The notes beneath the pieces were generated by a model. That model made no database searches. It had not been told where the DNA came from and saw only the letters and a list, made by a program, of their open reading frames with translations. Of a stretch of DNA of 64,000 nucleotides, positions 59,066-64,000 are shown in pieces. The position numbers and the translations under genes were made by a program. This DNA comes from an uncultured virus (IMG/VR IMGVR_UViG_3300024243_000011) (taxonomy: Duplodnaviria; Heunggongvirae; Uroviricota; Caudoviricetes). The DNA lies in the IMG/VR virus record IMGVR_UViG_3300024243_000011, positions 1 to 64,000 of that record. One strand, given 5' to 3'. Every line of letters starts with the position of its first letter. Positions within the stretch are counted from its first letter, which is position 1.

Positions 59066-60999
59066 TGAGTAATTTTAATTATATTAATATTGGTAGTGTT
59101 GATAGTGTTAATGTGCCTGCTGAAACAGACGTAATATTTGTATCAGATTATTTTGATAATGAACATTCTGGTGGTGCGGAGTTAAGTGACAAGGCGTTGA
59201 TAGAGAGTTGTACTGGCAATGTTTTTTGTGTTAAGTCTAGGGATTTAAGTTTGAATTTGCTTAAAAATAACTCATCTAAGTATTGGTTGTTTTCTAATAT
59301 TGGTGAGATTAATTTAGATTTTTTACCTACTATAGCTACAAACCTTAAGTATTCTGTTATTGAATATGATTTTAAGTACTGCAAATATCGTTCGCCAAGA
59401 AAACATCAGATGTCTGAAGGGGTTCCATGTGATTGTGAAAAAACAGAATGGGGTAAGCTTATTGAGTTTTATTTTGGTAGTGCCGATACAGTGTTTTTTA
59501 TGTCTGAGAAACAGCGTGATATTTATTTTGGCAAGCTTCCAGGCTTAGCTAATACTTGTAAATGGAGTGTTTTATCTTCTATTTTTGATGAAAACTTTTT
59601 TAAGAAAATTAACCTCCTTAGAAATTCTGATGAGATTAAAAATAAAAATGATAAATATTTGATTCTTAACTCACCAAGTTGGATTAAGGGTGTTGACGAG
59701 TGTGTTAAATATTGTGAGGAAAACAAACTAGAATATGAATTGGCTTTTGGCCTTTCTTATAGTGACTTTTTAGATAAGATGGTTGAATCTAAGGGCGTTG
59801 TACTTATGCCTATGGATTGGGATACTTGCCCTAGAGTAGCAATTGAAGCCAAGCTGCTTGATTGTGATGTTAGGATGAACAACAATGTTTTGCATCGTGA
59901 TGAAGAGTGGTTTGATACTGATGATATAAATACAATTACTGGTTATTTGTATGCATCTAGAAATAATTTTTGGAAGCTTGTGTATAACAATATGAATTAT
60001 AAGCCAACTATTTCTGGATATACAACCACCTATAATTGTGTTAGTGGTGATTTTCCATACATGTCATGCATTAAATCTATGTTGGATTTTTGTGATGAAG
60101 TTGTCGTTGTTGATGGTGGCAGTGATGATGGTACATATAAACAATTGTTAGAGTGGTCTGAAAAAGAGCCTAAGTTGTGTTTATATAAAAATAAAATTAA
60201 GTGGGGAACTAAAGAATCCTCCTTGGCCGATGGCCAACAAAAAGCGTTGGCTAGATCCTTGTGTACAAAAGACTTTTGTTGGCAAATGGATTCTGACGAG
60301 TGTGTTCATGAAAATGATATTGCTAAGATACATGATATTGTCAGGCATTTCCCGAAGGGTGTTGATATTTTAAGCCTTCCGGTTGTAGAATACTGGGGTT
60401 CTTTAGATAGTGTTAGGATGGACATACAGCCTTGGAAATGGAGGTTGTCTAGAAATAAACCTAATATCACTCATGGAGTTCCAAAGCATTTGTTAGAATA
60501 TGATGATGATGGTAATGTTAAGATTAAATTTGGTCTTTCTGATGGGTGTGATTATATTGATGTTAATAATTTGACTTCAATGCCCCATGCGTCCTTTTAT
60601 GATGCTTCTGCTGAACAGATTAGAACTAATAATATTGTTGAGTTTGCTAAGTTTTATAATTGGGTAGCGAAAAGTTATCCAACTGTATATCATTTTTCTT
60701 GGGCTTCATTGGAAAGAAAGCTTCGAAGTTTTAAAGGTTTTTGGTCAGTACAGTGGGCTGCAACGTTTGGTTGTGATTTGAAAGATACTGCTGAAAATAA
60801 TGTGTTCTTTGATAAGCCTTGGACTAATGTTAATGACGATGATATCAAAGAAACTGCTGAAAAACTTAAGTGCATTGGCCCTAGACTGGCTCATGAAAAA
60901 ATTGATTATAATTTAAATACTAGTCATATGTTGACTGACCTTAGTGTTGATCCACCTAAGTATATGCATTCCTGGTTAATTAAAAACAAGCTGATGTAA
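59065..60999 (+). CDS. bifunctional glycosyltransferase (GT-B-like N-terminus + GT2 C-terminus)
   Basis: GGAE, KG, DTCPRVAIEAKL; then DEVVVVDGGSDDGT, QMDSDE. Confidence 0.85.
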   Translation: MSNFNYINIGSVDSVNVPAETDVIFVSDYFDNEHSGGAELSDKALIESCTGNVFCVKSRDLSLNLLKNNSSKYWLFSNIGEINLDFLPTIATNLKYSVIEYDFKYCKYRSPRKHQMSEGVPCDCEKTEWGKLIEFYFGSADTVFFMSEKQRDIYFGKLPGLANTCKWSVLSSIFDENFFKKINLLRNSDEIKNKNDKYLILNSPSWIKGVDECVKYCEENKLEYELAFGLSYSDFLDKMVESKGVVLMPMDWDTCPRVAIEAKLLDCDVRMNNNVLHRDEEWFDTDDINTITGYLYASRNNFWKLVYNNMNYKPTISGYTTTYNCVSGDFPYMSCIKSMLDFCDEVVVVDGGSDDGTYKQLLEWSEKEPKLCLYKNKIKWGTKESSLADGQQKALARSLCTKDFCWQMDSDECVHENDIAKIHDIVRHFPKGVDILSLPVVEYWGSLDSVRMDIQPWKWRLSRNKPNITHGVPKHLLEYDDDGNVKIKFGLSDGCDYIDVNNLTSMPHASFYDASAEQIRTNNIVEFAKFYNWVAKSYPTVYHFSWASLERKLRSFKGFWSVQWAATFGCDLKDTAENNVFFDKPWTNVNDDDIKETAEKLKCIGPRLAHEKIDYNLNTSHMLTDLSVDPPKYMHSWLIKNKLM

Positions 61000-61001
61000 A
61001 A

Positions 61002-61745
61002 ATGGATAACTTTAATTTTGTCATAATAACACCTTGTTATAATGCATCTTCAAATTTATATAATATATACAATAGTTTATTAGAACAGACTTATGATAAG
61101 TGGATCTGGATCATTTCAGATGATTTGTCAACTGATGATACATGCGAGGTGGCTAAAAATATTGTTAATGATGATAAATCTTTGGGTAGGGTTGTATTTT
61201 TATCTAATGGTAGTGATAAGAAATATGCCCTTAAAAATATAGTTGATGTTATCAACGGTTCTTGTTTTAGCAATATTGGTTCTGAAGTAATTATTGGTAT
61301 TATAGATGGCGATGACCAACTGTGTAATAAAAATGCCTTACAGTTGATTCTTGATGAGTATAGTAATGGTAATGATGTCGTTTGGACAGCGCATATGTGG
61401 GATGTTAATAACAATATGAATGTTTCAGGTGATATGCCAAATAATATTAACCCATATTTATATCAATGGTGTTCTTCTCATTTTAGAACGTTTAGGAAAA
61501 GTATTTTTGATAAGATTTCCCATGATAATTTTAAGGACATTAATGGTAATTGGTTTAAACGTGGTTATGATCAAGCGTTAATGTTGCCAATATTAAAGCT
61601 ATCTAAAAAGAGAAAGTATGTTAATGAAGTTTGTTATCTTTATAATATAAACTCTGTGTCAATTGATCGTAATATGGACACCACATCAGATCAATTAAAT
61701 GTTGTTAGGTTTGTTAGGGCTAGGGGTTTTAAAGAAAGTTGTTAG
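61002..61745 (+). CDS. glycosyltransferase family 2
   Basis: IITPCYN, Q.Y..W, DDLSTD, IDGDD, D.ALM.P. Confidence 0.9.
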   Translation: MDNFNFVIITPCYNASSNLYNIYNSLLEQTYDKWIWIISDDLSTDDTCEVAKNIVNDDKSLGRVVFLSNGSDKKYALKNIVDVINGSCFSNIGSEVIIGIIDGDDQLCNKNALQLILDEYSNGNDVVWTAHMWDVNNNMNVSGDMPNNINPYLYQWCSSHFRTFRKSIFDKISHDNFKDINGNWFKRGYDQALMLPILKLSKKRKYVNEVCYLYNINSVSIDRNMDTTSDQLNVVRFVRARGFKESC

Positions 61746-61800
61746 ATGTTTTGTATTGGTTGTGTTTTTTAAAGTAAGTTTATTTTGGAGGGTAATAATA

Positions 61801-63447
61801 ATGAAAATTGTATCTTTTTGGTCTGGTCATGATTGTTCGTTTTGTGTTTTGGAAAATGGAATGCCTAAGCTTCATGTTGAATATGAAAGATATATTAGAG
61901 AAAAGGAGCCTAAAGGTGATTCCATAAAGTTATTTTTTGATATTTGTGGCGAAGATGAACTAGAGGATGTTACTGATGTTGCTGTTTGTCATCCAATAAA
62001 AGATGTTTTCGATTACGCAGAATCTTGGAAAAAATTATATAAAATTTGTGAAAAAAAGGGAATTAAAGTACATGTGCTTGGCCATCATTTTTCACATGCA
62101 GCACATGCGTTTTATTCTAGTAAATATGATGACTCATTGATATTGGTTGCCGATGGTGGTGGTGTCGAATTTGAAGATAAAAATGAAAGAATCGAAACTG
62201 CAACGTGTACATATGTTGGAAATGGCAAGAGCATTAAAGCTGTAGATGTGTTTTCTATGCAAAGTATAAATATTGGTGGTTTATGGACAAGGGCCACAAG
62301 GTATATTTTTAAGCTACAGTCTGGTTGGCCACATGGCCATCAGGCAGGCACTGTAATGGCCATGTCATCGTTTGGTGACTCAAGTAAATATTACAATGAT
62401 TTTTACAGGATGTTGACTAAAGATATTGCAATGGCGTCAATAAAGCCAATGAGTCAGCCTGTTGGTGCGTATACTGGAAATGATCCAATCCATCCTTATT
62501 TGGATAAATGGGCTAAGATAGGTGAAAAAAGTGAGCAAGAACGTTTTGATTTGGCTGCTGGATTACAATCTGCCACTGAAACAGTGTTAAAAGATATGAT
62601 AGCTAAATTATCTAATGATAACCCAAATATTAGAAATCTTTGTTTGTGTGGTGGTGTTGCTTTAAATTCTGTAGCAATGGGTAAGATTGTTGATTGGGAA
62701 GACAATAATATAGAGGCTGTTTATATACCTCCTTGTCCTCATGATGGTGGGTTGTCGATTGGTGCTGCACAATATGTTTGGCATAGTTATTGTGGGAATG
62801 ATAGGATTGAGTGGAGTGACAATGTTTCTCCATATCTTGGTGAACTTTATGATGAGGAAGGTGTGAGAGGTTCTATTGAGCAATATAGGGACAGATTAAA
62901 AGTTTTGGATTGTGATGATAGATTAGTTATTGATTTTTTAGATAATCAAAAAATTGTTTCTGTGTTTAGGGGTGGATCTGAATCTGGCCGTAGAGCATTG
63001 GGAAATAGAAGTATTCTTGCAGATCCTAGAAGTGATAAAATGAAAAGTATGATTAATGAAAAAGTTAAGCATCGACAATGGTTTAGACCATTTGCACCAT
63101 CAATATTGAGAGAACATGTATCTGATTGGTTTGTTAAGGATGTTGATAGCCCGTACATGTCTTTTGTTGTAAAAATTAGAAAGAATAAGCTAAGCATGAT
63201 CCCAGCAGTTGCACATTATGATGAAACTGCTAGGTTACAAACTGTAACAAAGAATGATAATGTTTGGTATTACAATTTTTTATCGAAATGGAATGAGAAA
63301 ACTAATGTTCCAATATTGTTAAACACAAGCTTTAATGATCGTGAACCAATTTGTGAAACTCCAGTTCATGCAATTAATTGTTTTCTTAGGACTGATATTG
63401 ATTATCTTTATTTTGCAGATTTTGGAATTGTTCTTTCAAAAAAATAA
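61801..63447 (+). CDS. carbamoyltransferase, NodU/CmcH/TobZ family (start revised to ATG 61801)
   Basis: GHD, ER..R.K, HHFSHAA, DGGG, G.VMAM, GGVALN, DGG.SIGAA, GRRALGNRSILADPR, FRPFAP, LNTSFN. Confidence 0.95.
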   Translation: MKIVSFWSGHDCSFCVLENGMPKLHVEYERYIREKEPKGDSIKLFFDICGEDELEDVTDVAVCHPIKDVFDYAESWKKLYKICEKKGIKVHVLGHHFSHAAHAFYSSKYDDSLILVADGGGVEFEDKNERIETATCTYVGNGKSIKAVDVFSMQSINIGGLWTRATRYIFKLQSGWPHGHQAGTVMAMSSFGDSSKYYNDFYRMLTKDIAMASIKPMSQPVGAYTGNDPIHPYLDKWAKIGEKSEQERFDLAAGLQSATETVLKDMIAKLSNDNPNIRNLCLCGGVALNSVAMGKIVDWEDNNIEAVYIPPCPHDGGLSIGAAQYVWHSYCGNDRIEWSDNVSPYLGELYDEEGVRGSIEQYRDRLKVLDCDDRLVIDFLDNQKIVSVFRGGSESGRRALGNRSILADPRSDKMKSMINEKVKHRQWFRPFAPSILREHVSDWFVKDVDSPYMSFVVKIRKNKLSMIPAVAHYDETARLQTVTKNDNVWYYNFLSKWNEKTNVPILLNTSFNDREPICETPVHAINCFLRTDIDYLYFADFGIVLSKK

Positions 63448-63537
63448 AAATAGTAAAATATTTTATTACTTTTATGGTAGAAATCATAGTTTTATTTTAG
63501 AATAATCAAATGATTAGAGCGAGGGGTTGTTTTTATT

Positions 63538-64000
63538 TTGAATAATGCTAATTATAACTTTGTTGTTTCTGAATGTACTTTTCTTAGATATTTTATGCCT
63601 ATAATAAATGAGTTAGTTAACAATGATATTGGTCATAATATAAATATATTTCTTGGTGATAGTAAAAAGTATAATAGCCCACTTTTAAAAGATAATTTAG
63701 ATTTTATAAAAAAAAGTGTGTCTGATTTAAGTGTTTTTTATCGTGGCTCTATTAACATAGAGAATATTGAAAGGTTGGGTTTGCCTGAGTTTGCTGGCAA
63801 TACATATTTTATTGAAGGTGTTGGTATAGAATATTCATCTAGGCTTAATAATAATATTGTACTTACTTATATGACTGATTTTGTAAGTCTATTTGACAAG
63901 TATGTTGATTTGGCAGATTTTGTTGTTTTTCCTAATAAGAGTTTTGCTAACCATTACAACAAAGATTCGTGTAAAAATGTTTATATTGGTTCTCCTAAAT
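63538..64000 (+). CDS. partial ORF, possibly a GT-B/glycerophosphotransferase-like glycan enzyme
   Basis: open frame from TTG 63538 to window end, ending ...VYIGSPK; glycan-gene context. Confidence 0.45.
   Translation, partial: MNNANYNFVVSECTFLRYFMPIINELVNNDIGHNINIFLGDSKKYNSPLLKDNLDFIKKSVSDLSVFYRGSINIENIERLGLPEFAGNTYFIEGVGIEYSSRLNNNIVLTYMTDFVSLFDKYVDLADFVVFPNKSFANHYNKDSCKNVYIGSPK

Noticed and set aside
1..64000. Alternative genetic code (stop-codon reassignment)
   Set aside because: Long conserved genes are intact in code 11 and the short ORFs have their own starts and family motifs, so they are not fragments of recoded genes.

Overview
AT-rich (roughly 28-30% GC by eye) fragment of a large tailed-phage genome, probably jumbo-class. 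No virion structural genes, tRNAs or CRISPR arrays were recognised. Recognisable genes include DnaE-type DNA polymerase, ThyX, dUTPase, NUDIX hydrolase, MoxR-like AAA+ ATPase and its distant vWA/metallopeptidase partner, deaminase, metallophosphoesterase, CCA-adding enzyme, GuaB/GuaC-like, PurA, cytidylyltransferase-ligase-like fusion, SGNH hydrolase, lytic transglycosylase, YdcF-like protein, ClpP, Hc1 histone-like protein, FmdB zinc ribbon, two glycosyltransferases and a NodU/CmcH carbamoyltransferase. The most striking unexplained structure lies at about 16-39 kb: (1) 20 copies of a promoter element GGTTAACA-N17-TA(T/C)nnn that also marks gene-cassette junctions; (2) about 30-35 divergent paralogs of one small 'YK.GD.VW...Y.G..II' SH3/KOW-like domain family; (3) a family of HRxDGPA-repeat proteins with recombination scars; (4) a non-coding locus at 23.0-23.8 kb with tandem promoters, boxA-like sites and a structured, terminator-ended RNA whose loop displays the anti-Shine-Dalgarno sequence CCUCCUUUC; (5) a second promoter-driven structured RNA; (6) a candidate replication origin with DnaA-box-like 9-mers at a strand-composition switch. 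All calls come from motif reading only; no database searches or folding programs were run.
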